Below are positions 24,975 through 36,404 of a DNA stretch of 64,000 nt, one piece after another. The position numbers were made by a program, and so were the translations under genes. Origin of the DNA: Heteronotia binoei (lineage: Eukaryota); NCBI RefSeq assembly GCF_032191835.1, contig NC_083235.1:65286001-65350000 (forward strand). Direction: 5' to 3'. The notes beneath the pieces are model-generated. The model ran no database searches. It had not been told where the DNA came from and saw nothing but the letters and a program-made list of their open reading frames with translations. Position 1 is the stretch's first letter. Each line of letters begins with the position of its first letter.

Positions 24975-25769
24975 CCGTACTTTTCGGTCCATAAGACGCT
25001 CCGGACCATAGGACGCACCTTCCTCCTGGGGGGCGATCAGCTGCCTCCGCCTCCGATCTTGGCGCTTCCCCCGGGCCTGCCTGCTTGGCTCCAGCTCTGC
25101 TTCCAGCAAGCGCTGGGATCGCTCCACACTGCCCCCACCACAAACCCAGCGCTTCGCGAGCACTGGCTGCGGAGGGGGCAGCGTGCTTCCTCCGTGCCTG
25201 TCTGCCTGGCTCCAGCTCTGACGCTTACAGCAAGCGCCAGGATCGCTCCCTCCGCCCTCCGATCCTGGCGCTTGCTTTAAGCATCAGAGCTGGAGCCAGG
25301 CAGACAGGCACGGAGGAAGCACCCGCCCCCTCCGCAAACCCAGCGCTTCGCGAGCGCCGGCTGCGGAGGGGGCGGCGTGCTTCCTCCGTGCCTGTCTGCC
25401 TGGCTCCAGCTCTGATGCTTAAAGCAAGCACCGGGATCGGAGGGCGCGTTCCTGGCGCTTGCTGTAAGCGTCAGAGCTGGAGCCAGGCAGACAGGCACGG
25501 AGGAAGCACCCTGCCCCCTCCGCAGCCGGCGCTCGTGAAGCGCTGGGTGTGCGGTGGGGGCAGCGTGGAGCAATCCCAGCGCTTGCTGGAAGCAGAGCTG
25601 GAGCCAGGCAGGCGCAGGGGAAGTGCCGGGATCGGAGGCGGAGGCAGCGGATCCCCCCCCCCCCGGAGGAAGGTACGTCCTATCATCCCTTTGCTCCATA
25701 AGACGCACACACTTTCCCCCCACACTTTTTTGGCAGGGAAAAGTGCGTCTTATGGTCCGAAAAATACGG
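24975..25769. mobile_element. Tc/mariner-superfamily (Tc2/pogo-like) non-autonomous element with GC-rich internal repeats
   Basis: CCGTA(C/T)TTTTCGG(T/A)CCATAAGACGC TIRs, TA flanks on both sides. Confidence 0.85.
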
Positions 25770-25804
25770 TAATAGCCTTCCTAATTCATGTCATAGTATT
25801 CCTA

Positions 25805-26230
25805 TTACTATGCATGGGTATGAAAGCTGGACAACGAAGAAAACTGACAGGAACAAAATGGACTCCTTTGAAACGCAGTGTTGGGTGAAAGTTATGGATA
25901 CCATGGACTGCTCAAAAGACAAAGAGTTGAGTTCTAGATCAAATAAAGCCTGAACGATCCCTAGAAGTGAAAACGGCTAAACTGAGGCTATTGTACTTTG
26001 GTTGCGTTACAAGAAGTCAAGGGCCGCTGGAAAAGTCAAAAATACTGGGAAAAGCTAAGGCAGCAAGAAAAGAGGAAGACCCAGCACAACACGGAATGAT
26101 TCAATCAAGGAAGCCACGGTCTTCCGTTTGAAAGACCTGATCAAGGCTGTCAACGATAGGGTATTTTGGAGGTCATTAATTCATAGGGTTGTCATAAGTT
26201 GGAAGCGACTTCACAGCGCTTAACACACAC
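25805..26230 (+). mobile_element. RTE/BovB-type LINE 3' fragment
   Basis: Degenerate GYESWT.KK.DR and KLRLLYFG motifs and an RTE-type 3' end (aagcgactt...taacacacac). Confidence 0.7.
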
Positions 26231-26433
26231 TTCAAGATATTCCAGATTCTGCAAACCCCAACTCTTCTAAAAGAAAATAAATTGTCCCCAGAAAAATAAA
26301 CATAACCAAATGTAGGTGATGCGTACAACTGTACGTAAACTTCTAAATTTTAATGTGCAATGCGCTATTCCTGACATCACAGCTTGTATTTTCTGAATAC
26401 AAATGATGACAAAAGGGTGCACGCTGTACCCAC

Positions 26434-26596
26434 TGAAGTGAATTGGATGTTGATGGGCTCTTGGCAGTCCAGGGTCTTCCGTATGTCCTGCAGCTGCTTC
26501 TTGTGGCTGCTGTCTCCAGCCTGCATCACATCGGCCATCTGGAACGAGCCAGGCAGCTTGGAGTCCAGGGTGATTACAACAGAAAGCTCTGGTAGG
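26434..26596 (-). CDS. ACSF2: ACSF2 exon 6
   Basis: gtatcag|...|gtgggt; 163 bp; LPELSVVITLDSKLPGSFQMADVMQAGDSSHKKQLQDIRKTLDCQEPINIQFTS (first half of the AMP-binding motif). Confidence 0.96.
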
Positions 26597-26948
26597 CTGA
26601 TACGGTGGACAGAATGGTCAGCAGCAAAGGAAAAGAGAAAACAGGAATATAGTCTGGGAACAGGCTGCTGGGGTGTGGACTAACCTCTCTGAAATTCTGC
26701 TACTATGGGAACTCCTTGATACAATTATACAGCTTCGTCTTATATATCTGTTTAACTTGTGGAAGTTTGGAAGTGTTGTATGCAATTTTAAGATTTGTGT
26801 TTCCAACTATGCATTACTGTTGTATATTTTCTATAACATTCTGATGGGTTTGTGGTTCTGGATACATTTATGCATTTTTCACATACCCGGTATTTACTGT
26901 CTTAGGTTTTCTGCATTATTGATACTGACAGTCTCACTGGCATAGAAG

Positions 26949-27408
26949 CAGGGCTTTTTTTGAGCGGGAACACATAGGAACACCGTTCCAGCTGGCTTGG
27001 TATCAGGGGGTGTGGCCTAATATGCAAATAGATTTTTCTGCAAAAAAGCCCTGTGTGAAACAATGGTGACATCAAGAAGAAGATGAAGAAGAAGATATTG
27101 GATTTATATCCTGCCCTCCACTCCGAAGAGTCTCAGAGCAGCTCACAATCTCCTTTCCCTTCCTCCCCTGTGAGGTGGGTGGGGCTGGAGAGGGCTCTCC
27201 CAGCAGCTGCCCTTTCAAGGACAACCTCTGCCAGAGCTATGGCTGACCCAAGGCCATTCCAGCAGGTGCAAGTGGAGGAGTGGGGAATCAAACCCGGTTC
27301 TCCCAGATAAGAGTCCGCACACTTAACCACTACACCAGACTGGCATGGGGGCATGGCCTAATATGCAAATGAGTTCCTGCTGGGCTTTTTCTACCAAAAA
27401 AAGCCCTG
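26949..27408. mobile_element. hAT MITE (CAGGGCT termini) with nested Squam3-like SINE
   Basis: Perfect TSD catagaag; SINE on the minus strand at ~27073-27343. Confidence 0.85.
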
Positions 27409-27624
27409 CATAGAAGAAAACGTGGCAAGCAGTAAAACAGTACCAGAACTGGAACAAGCTTTGCTGACATCAAGTTTCCCTGTAGCTCATGATTCCCGAT
27501 CACCCTCACCTTGACATTTACTTTGATGTATGCCTGACAAATGTGGCACCCCGCCATGGCTAAAACAATATATAAGGGCTGGTCTTGGGAATGGCCTGTG
27601 AGGTGAGGCACAAGTAGAACTTAC

Positions 27625-27743
27625 TTTTTGCTTTTTAGTGCTCCTGGATTAGACAGTCCCAGCTCTGGGCAAATTTGCTTCAAGATCTCATAGTATTTCT
27701 GTGTTTTAAATTGCGTGGGAAACACCAGTGCTTTGCAGCCAAC
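27625..27743 (-). CDS. ACSF2: ACSF2 exon 5
   Basis: tctttag|...|gtaagt; 119 bp; VGCKALVFPTQFKTQKYYEILKQICPELGLSNPGALKSK. Confidence 0.96.
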
Positions 27744-27939
27744 CTAAAGAAACAGAAGGGGGGCATTAGGATACAGAAAGTATCTTGGAAATCAGGTTAT
27801 AAAATAGTATCACACTTCAGAGGAAATAGAGAGCAGAATTTCTCACGATTCACTGCAGTAGGTATGGTAATACAATAAATAGAGGGAAAGGCATGTACTC
27901 AGGTCTTTGCATTGCAAGCTGATCAGTTTGTCCTTGATT

Positions 27940-28429
27940 ATGATGATGATGATGATATTGGATTTATATCCCGCCCTGCACTCCGAAGAGTCTCAGAGCA
28001 GCTCACAATCTCCTTTCCCTTCCTCCCCCACAACAGACACCCTGTGAGGTAGATGAAGATATTGGATTTATATCCCATCCTCCACTCCGAAGAGTCTCAG
28101 AGCGGCTCACAATCTCCTTTCCCTTCCTCCCCCACACCAGACACCCTGTGAGGTAGATGAAGATATTGGATTTATATCCCGCCCTCCACTCCAAAGAGTC
28201 TCAGAGTGGCTCACAATCTCCTTTCCCTTCCTCCCCCACAACAGACACCCTGTGAAGTGGGTGGGCTGGAGAGGGCTCTCACAGCAGCTGCCCTTTCAAG
28301 GACAACCTCTGCCAGAGCTATGACTGACCCAAGACCATGCAAGCAGGTGCAAGTGGAGGAGTGGGGAATCAAACCCGGTTCTCCCAGATAAGAGTCCACA
28401 CACTTAACCACTACACCAAACTGGCTCTC
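27940..28429 (-). mobile_element. Squam3-like SINE with triplicated 3' segment
   Basis: As above; (ATC)n tail. Confidence 0.9.
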
Positions 28430-29884
28430 TTTGGGTTTGACATTATAGCCCTTACATACACAAAGCATTAATTAAAGAAAATAATTGTTGCACTTTAAGG
28501 CATTTGATCCAGTCTTCTATACAAAAAGAGATCTGCTGGATCAGACCAGTGATCCATCAAGTTCAGGGTCCTCTCTCACACAGTGGCCAACCATTTCCTC
28601 TGGAGGGCCAACAACTAGGCATAGAGACCAAAGACTTTCCCTGATTTTGGCCTCCCAGCATTTATACTCAGAGGTTTCCTGTCTATGAATGTTGGAGATG
28701 CATTTTAGTCACTATGGCAAGCATTTCTGTACTCCCAAATTCAAAGAGATTCACTTGTATAAGGATTACAGTCTGCCATGAGCAAAGAATGGCAGTCAGC
28801 ATGCCACTTGCAAGAAGATGAGATACAAGTGAATCAAAGCAAACTCAAGGAGTCTTATCTACTGTCTATTTTTAAAAGTGCCTTGGTGCAAATCGTTTTC
28901 CAAATCCAAACACAGTCACTATTAGACCCTCAGTATGAAATCAAACTTTATTAAGAAGGAAAATGTCTTTAATTCAGTAGCAGAAGAGCATTCTCCCTGA
29001 AACACCATTCCTCATTGCAGCCATGTGATGCAGAAGAAGAAAAACCCCGCAATAGAAGTCCTTACAACAGTTACTTCAACAAGAACTATGTTTTATGATC
29101 TTGGTATTTGAAACCTACCCCTTTGCTTTTACAAAAAAAAACAATCAAAGCCCCCCATTCTAGCAGGGATTTCATTTGCAGGTAAGTAAATAGGAGCCCA
29201 AACAACAGCATATTATTAAACTTCTTATCCTCAAGGGTTAAATTAGGCAGTAACAGTCCAGTTCTATGAAAGCAAGTCTTATTGTTTTCAATGGGACCAG
29301 AAACTAACCAAGATTTTTCACTGCTAAAGGTGAATTAAAACTTTTAATAATATTATTATAATATTCAGGGGAGCTGATCTCCGGATGACAGAGATCAGCT
29401 CCCCTGAAGAAAATGGCTGCTTTGAAGCGTGGCATTGTACCATGCTGAGGCCCCTCTGTTCCTCAAACCTCACCCTCTCTCAGATTCATCCCCAAAGTCT
29501 CCAAGTATTTTCTAATACAAACCTGGCAACCCTAAATCTGGAGAACTGGCTTTGATTCCCCACTCCTCCATAAAAAGCCACCTGGATGACATTGAGTCAG
29601 TCACGGTTCTCTCACAGTCTCACCTTCCTCACAGGGTGTTTGTTGTGGGGAGAGGAAGGAAAGGTGATTGTAAAATGCTCCAAGGCTCCTTCAGGTAGTG
29701 AAGGGCAGAGTATAAAACCAATGCTACTACTACCACTTCGTGTTCTACATATTAGTATTGTTTACTAACTAATACATTTTAAGGACTATATTATATTTTT
29801 ACTGTTTGTATGTTTAAAAATATTGTAACCTGCCCCGAGTCTGCTGTATGGGGACAGAGGGAGAAAGTGACTAAAATAAATTAT

Positions 29885-31370
29885 ACCAATTTGCCTGGGA
29901 AAGAAATTAGGTCAACTAGCTTGCAATTTCCTCTGGATCCCTTTTTTAAAATCTGTGTAACGTTTGCTACTCTTCAATCTTCTGACACAATGCCTGAATT
30001 TAGTGTAGGGTATGTATATGAGTTAGTAGATCAACTATTTCACATCTGAGTTCCTTAAGACTCATTGGTTTTTAATTTCCCAATAGGTCTAGAACTTCAT
30101 ATCTGGTTACCTCAATTTGGTTAAGTTCCCCAGATTTCCTTCCTAAAAATAGCGGCTCTGGCATGGGTACATACCACACACTTTCCACAGTGAAGCCAGA
30201 AGCAAAGAAGTCATTGAGCTTATCTGCCATCTCCCCATCTTCCTTTAACAATCCCTTTATTCCTTTGTCATCCAAAGGCCCCACTGCTTCTCTGACTAGT
30301 TTCCTGTTCTGTATATAGTTATTTAGAAACCTGCTCCTAAAAATATTTTTGCATTCTTCATTATTAATTTACATTTCTTTTGCCAGAGTCTGTGATCCCT
30401 TCTGTTCAATCCATCTGGGCATGGCTTCCACTTTTTAAAAGAAGCCTTTTTACTTTTTATAGCTTCCTGGAGTTGCATTGTTAACAATGCAGACATTCCT
30501 TTAGGTTTGGCAGTACCTTTTCCTAACCTATAGCAGTACCTTTTCTAACATGTATTCTATGTGATGTGGTTTTAAATAGCTTCCAAGTATCTTCTAGGGA
30601 TTTGACTGTCTTGTGTTTCCTGTTCAGTTCCCTTTTAACTATTCCCCTCATTTTTGTCAAGTTCTCTCTTTTGAAATCAAACGTTACAGTTTCGGACTTC
30701 AGGGTAACTTTCCATTGACCTGAATGTCGAATTTAATAGCACTGCGGTCACTATTCCCAAGTGGTGCAACAATCTCTGCATCTCTCATCAGATCTTGACA
30801 CCCACTCAGAACCAAGTCCAAGATCACTACTGGTTAGCTCTGTAGTCAGCTGTTCCAGTGCACAGTCATTTATGATGTCTAGGAATGTCATTTCTAGAGC
30901 AGGACTTGAGCACTTGTTCACCCAGTCAATGTGAGGGTAGTTGAAGTCTCCCAGTATAATAACATTATCTGCTTTAGTCACCTCCTCTCCATCTCAAGAT
31001 CAGCTTCATGGGTTTGATCAGGTGGGCGATAGTACACTCCCACTTTTAAGTAACCCTTAGGGCCCAGTATTTCCATCTGTATTGCTTTTGTTGGGGAGTT
31101 AATTCCCGTAACGTTTTCTAACTTATTGGATTCTATACCCTCTTTGATGTACAATGCAACACCTCCCGCAACCTGTCCCTCCCTGTCCTGCCTATAGAGC
31201 TTATACCCAGCAATGACTGTATCTCATAGATTTTCCTTATTCTACCATGCTTCTGAGATATCTACTATAGCTACATTTTCATTGGGCACCAAGTACTCCA
31301 TAATAGCTCAAAGACTTCTAGCGTTGGCATAAAGACACCTAGAATGTGTTTTCATCTCCAGTAACCCTCA
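29885..31370 (-). mobile_element. CR1 LINE ORF2 internal fragment (endonuclease plus linker), internally deleted
   Basis: VIILGDFNYPHIDW endonuclease motif; EMADKLNDFFASGFT linker; many stops and frameshifts. Confidence 0.85.
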
Positions 31371-31505
31371 CCTCCCTCGATCCCTTAGTCACCACACACA
31401 GCCCTCATTTGCCATCCTGTCCTATCTAGTTTGTTTATTTCATTCTTTCAAGAGGGCTTTTGAGGGTGGTTAAGTAGTGGGTGTAATGTTACACCAACTA
31501 CTTAC

Positions 31506-31686
31506 CCGTATTTTTCGCTCCATAAGACGCACCTGAGCATAAGACGCACCTAGTTTTTAGAGCTGTTTGTGTGAATTTAGAGGCATTTGTGTGAATTTTT
31601 TGCAGTATTCGCTCCTTAAGACGCACACACTTTTCCCTCCACATTTTTTTGGGGAAAAAGTGAGTCTTATGGTGCAAAAAATACGG
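31506..31686. mobile_element. Short MITE of the same Tc2-like family
   Basis: CCGTATTTTTCGCTCCATAAGACGC...GTCTTATGGTGCAAAAAATACGG-TA. Confidence 0.8.
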
Positions 31687-32914
31687 TATATTTTATGTTG
31701 AGTTTTTATTTAGGTCCTATGTTTTAATCACTGATGTTATTTTAACATTTTTAACATATTGATATAACGTTTTCAAATCTTAGTTCCCTGTAAGACCTTC
31801 TCTCTTTTTCTGGAGGAGAGTGTATTACAAATTTTTTAAATACATTTTAAAATAAAACTAAATGATGTGTGCACTCTAAAGCTAGGAAACATCATCTAGC
31901 TTAGATTGTGCTGTTCTAAATACAATGAAGTCAATGGGTTTAGGAGGGTACAACTGATTAGTATTGCACCGTTACAGTGCATATTAAATGTTTGGTTTAG
32001 ACAAAATCTTGATGGAAAGAAGTCATGAATCAACTAATAAAAACAAAACATTCTACAGGTCAAACTGGAACCATACAAAGCCTCCTGTTCAACAAAAGGC
32101 TTACTTTAGCTAGGCCCATAGGTACAATGGGGCCGGGGGGAGGCAGGCCCATCTTTTCAAAGATGTATGGCCCCTCAATTGGAGGGCCCCCAATGTCTCC
32201 CCTTTGCTCACCGCCACCCTGAGCAAGTAGTATCATTGTTGCTGGGTTTTTTCGCTTTTTTCTCTTCCCTTCCCTAATACAGCAAGCAGAGCAAAGTGGG
32301 GGGGGGAGTCTCTCTGCTGTGACTGCCCAGGCGAAGGAGGGTTGGCTTGTGGAACTCAAGGCAGCCGAGCACCCAGGCCCGCCAAACCTCATGGCCCCCG
32401 CCCTCCCAACAACAAATCCTGCTTTGGGCCCCACCAAACATGAAATGCTGGCTACGGCCCTGACTTTAGGACTGATTCTGACTTCCTTATTATTTCCAAA
32501 GTGTTTCCCACAGCATGTGGGAAAGTAAGGAGGCCAGCACACAGCATGGGAACATGAACTGCCACATTTTTATTTGACCTCTAAATTGAATTTGAGGATC
32601 TGAGCTCTAAAGCTAAATTAAGACAAACAAGTGCAAAGTGTCTTTTTATTTTTTTCTCAAAATACTTAAGAGTTCTAATCCCTCTTCACTAAGGATAAGA
32701 AACTGGATTGGCTACCTTCCCTGTCCAATAATGATCAAAACTGTTGGAGGAAATTAAGGCCTAACTACACAATACATTGTTTATGGGCAGATCGGGACCA
32801 TGTCCATAAACTTAAACCTTTCTACATACACCATTTTTATGAATGGAAAGAACCCTGGAGAGGCATCATTTGCTCTGTTGGGGAAACTTACATGAAAACC
32901 CATCGATACATACG

Positions 32915-33192
32915 GAGAGCCAGTTTGGTGTAGTGGTTAAGTGTGCGGACTCTTATCTGGGAGAACCGGGTTTGATTCCCCACTCTTCCACTTGCACCTG
33001 CTGGAATGGCCTTGGGTCAGCCATAGCCCTGGCAGAGGTTGTCCTTGAACGGGCAGCTGCTGTGAGAGTCCTCTCCAGCCCCACCCACCTCACAGGGTGT
33101 TTGCTGTGGGGGAGGAAGGTAAAGGAGATTGTGAGCCGCTCTGAGACTCTTTGGAGTGGAGGGCAGGATATAAATCCAATATCTTCTTCTTT
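32915..33192 (+). mobile_element. Squam3-like SINE
   Basis: Full-length copy. Confidence 0.9.
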
Positions 33193-34914
33193 CATTAAAG
33201 GGCGAAATGATAGCTCCTGGGAGGCATTTCAGTCTGGGAAAATAGTGGGGATCAGGCCTTGGATTCAGCAGCTCACAGGAGCATAGCTCCTGAACCTTTT
33301 TGAGGGTCCCCCCTCCTCCTCCCTACCTTGAATAGAGGGTGCAGCTGCATAACAACCCCTGGATGAGTTCCACCACTTATTTTTCTACAGAATGACCACT
33401 GGTGGGGATAATATAAACTCCCTATTTCTGACCACCACATCCCAATCTGAAGTATACCTTTGCGTACTTGAGAATTAAGTTTCATGTTCTAGTGTACGTC
33501 TGGTTGACAGGACATGGGGTGGGCCCATACACAATGTATTGTGTAAACATTTGAATTACTGCTTTCCACATTAAATATGGGTTTTAGTTTGGCCTTCTGT
33601 CTCTCTTTGGATGCAGCATTAGCTGCTCAATGGGTCAATGGCTGCTGAATCACAACCTGGGGATGCATGGAATGACTGTCAGTGGAATTCAGGGTAGAGA
33701 AGGGACTCAGAAACTTGTGTCCACCTTTAATTTTTTTTTTTTACCTCCTTGGTTATAATCAAAGAAAATCCTTTATATTAGCATTATAAATTGTTGTCTT
33801 CTGTGTATTATGTTCTCAATCACCCAATGAAATTGGCGGGCAGTAGCTCAGGACTTACTTGTGTTTGTCCAGAGCTTTTTGTTGTTCAGTCGCACGGTCA
33901 AGTCCGACTCTTTGCGACCCCATGAACAAAGTCACGCCAGGCCCTCCATGGTGGAAGATCATATTTTGCCAAAAACAGATTTGATAAATTAATGGGAGAT
34001 AGCTATCAATGGCTATTAAAGCTAAAAAAGAATTTCCAATTCCCCCAATTGCAAGCTTCCCCAAAACATCTGGAGAGGCAACTTGGGAAAGAACAAAGAA
34101 AGGGGGGGGGAAATCAACCCAGATCTAAACAATGAAATAGAGGGTCAAGCTGGTGCTTTTGGGGTGGGCCCATCTCTTCTGCCAGACTGCTCACAGCTTA
34201 TTGTAGCTTTATTTCTGGTGCAGGATTCCCAAATGGGACACTGAGTCTCTGCCTCCACTGAAAATAATGGGGCTGTGCCAAAACATACCACAACCTTGAC
34301 TGGAACCAAGCATACCACAACATACCACAACCTTGACTGGAACCAAGCATTTGATCTTCCCTTTAATATAGATTTCTGATCTGTTCATACAGTCTCATGA
34401 AATGTCTCCTCAGAGACAGATTAATGCTAAACAGAGATTCTGTTGACACATGCTAATTTCGGCCTTTACTATGAGAGACACTTATTTTCCTTTTCTAGAC
34501 CTTTTGTTTCACCCAGCACTACTGATAAACATATGTCTTTCCTAGTGCACAGTTTTTTACTTATTTGATTGTTAGCCCTTACTCATCTACATCAAGAGAT
34601 ATTACAGACTTTTTCTCTTCAAGAGCCCTCCTTGGGGAGACTTCAGGCTTGTAAAAGCCATTGTCATTCAGCAAATGTGGGCAATTTAAGTATTACAACC
34701 TATCGTGCCAGAGGGAGGGAGACAATCATGCCAGAGGGAGGCGCCCCTGTGGGAGCCAGCGCCCTAGACCATCGCCTAGTTCATCGACTCCCACGCGCCA
34801 GCCCTACTTCCAACCTAGTTGCTCAACAAACACTCTATATAGCCAAATCATTCGGCATTTTCAGAAATGCTGTAAAGACTGCAAAAATCTGTGACTGCGG
34901 TAGGCTTTTCATAC

Positions 34915-34968
34915 CTTCTTCAGCACAAAATCCAGCTCATTGGCTTGATACGCTGGGTTCACAGAAAC
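34915..34968 (-). CDS. ACSF2: ACSF2 exon 4
   Basis: tttttcag|...|gtatga; 54 bp; VSVNPAYQANELDFVLKK. Confidence 0.96.
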
Positions 34969-35677
34969 CTGAAAAAAAATTAAGAAATGTTATAAAGACT
35001 GGGATTCCCCAAAGTGACTTTGTCTAAGTTTTTAAGAAAGTGGGCAGGGCCATTGTAAACCAGGGTTTGTTACTGGCTGTCCTCATTTAAACAAAAGGGT
35101 TTTTCATTGCTGCAGCAACAACAGCCACAACTACTGGAGGACCACGGGGACTGGGAAGCACCCAGGCCTTCTTTAGTCATTGTGTGGTTCCATTCCCTGT
35201 TCAGGCTTTCCTTTTTTAAAATAATTCCTCCTTGTGTTTGTCTCTCTCTCCTTAAGCTTTCCTTTTCTTCTTTTTTTCCCCCTTCTGCAGAGAAGTACTG
35301 AATTTGGCTCCATTTTAGATTCAGTCGGACCTCCTGTGTCACCCATTTTGGGGTGGTGCTTACTGCCTTAGGGACCCCTGATGTAAGGCAATGATAGGCA
35401 GAGTCGAGAAGTCAGAGATCCTATATTATTGAGTTTGTACAGTGTGCAAATTTGGCCAAAACCACACTTTTTCACCTAAAAATACAGCTAGGTCATTTGG
35501 TGCCAAGCAAGTGGTTCGTTACACAGAAAAATGCGGTAAATATTTTTTTTTGGGGGGGGGGAATTAATCACACAAGCAATACATATTTAGAAGTGAGGGG
35601 GACACTGCAAGGATTTTGAGTACAATTTTAGTAGAGCTAGAACTTCCCATTTTGGATTTCCTGAAGACTTCCTAACT

Positions 35678-35752
35678 CTAAAATGTTTCAGCTTGACCAA
35701 TATTTTGATCATAGTCAATGATCAAAATATTGGTCAAGCTGAAACATTTTAG
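35678..35752. repeat. Perfect inverted repeat, 35-bp arms, 5-nt loop
   Basis: ctaaaatgtttcagcttgaccaatattttgatcat-agtca-atgatcaaaatattggtcaagctgaaacattttag. Confidence 0.95.
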
Positions 35753-36404
35753 GCACAATCCTGGTTCTTACAAATGGAAGAAATTAACGGGTGCAGATCA
35801 ACCCCTGCTTTACCTTTGTTCTGCACCCTCTCTAACCCCTGGAAAGTCTCTCCTGAGAATCCCAGACACGATCATAAACAATGTGCTGCACAGTACAAAG
35901 GGCTGCAGAAAGGAGCAATTCTAGGTATCCCTCCCCCATCACATATACAGCCTCATATACAGGCATCAAAGAAAAGCAGGTGCTCCATTGCCTTTATCAG
36001 AGAGAGAGAGGGAGGGAGAGGAAGAGCCCTTTAGAGGACAATATATACTATGACCATTTGCTAACTGTTATAATATGTCGCCTATATATACAAGTGTCTC
36101 TGGTCATTATCATTAAGGGAAGAGAGGCTAAAATGTTAAAAATCATATTCATAATGGGATTGTGCTTGTACGTCTATGAAACAAACGGTGGGTGAGTACC
36201 AAAAATGAAATTGGGTGTTCAAAAATACCACAAAAATAGAAAAAAACACCAGAATGCAATTGTAACTCCACTTTCTTGCATCAATTCATTTAATAACATA
36301 TTATAAATAAATTTAAAAGTCTATTTCTGTCCTTTGTGCATGATCATCAAAAGCAGGAAAGAAGCTCAAAAGTACTGCAAGTGACAAAAAAAATCAATCT
36401 TAAA

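Noticed and set aside
25085-25888. 267-aa ORF, the longest in the track
   Set aside because: Lies within a GC-rich Tc2-like MITE; low-complexity and no recognisable domain.
34284-34350. 30-bp tandem duplication (cataccacaaccttgactggaaccaagcat)
   Set aside because: Ordinary local slippage with no further structure.
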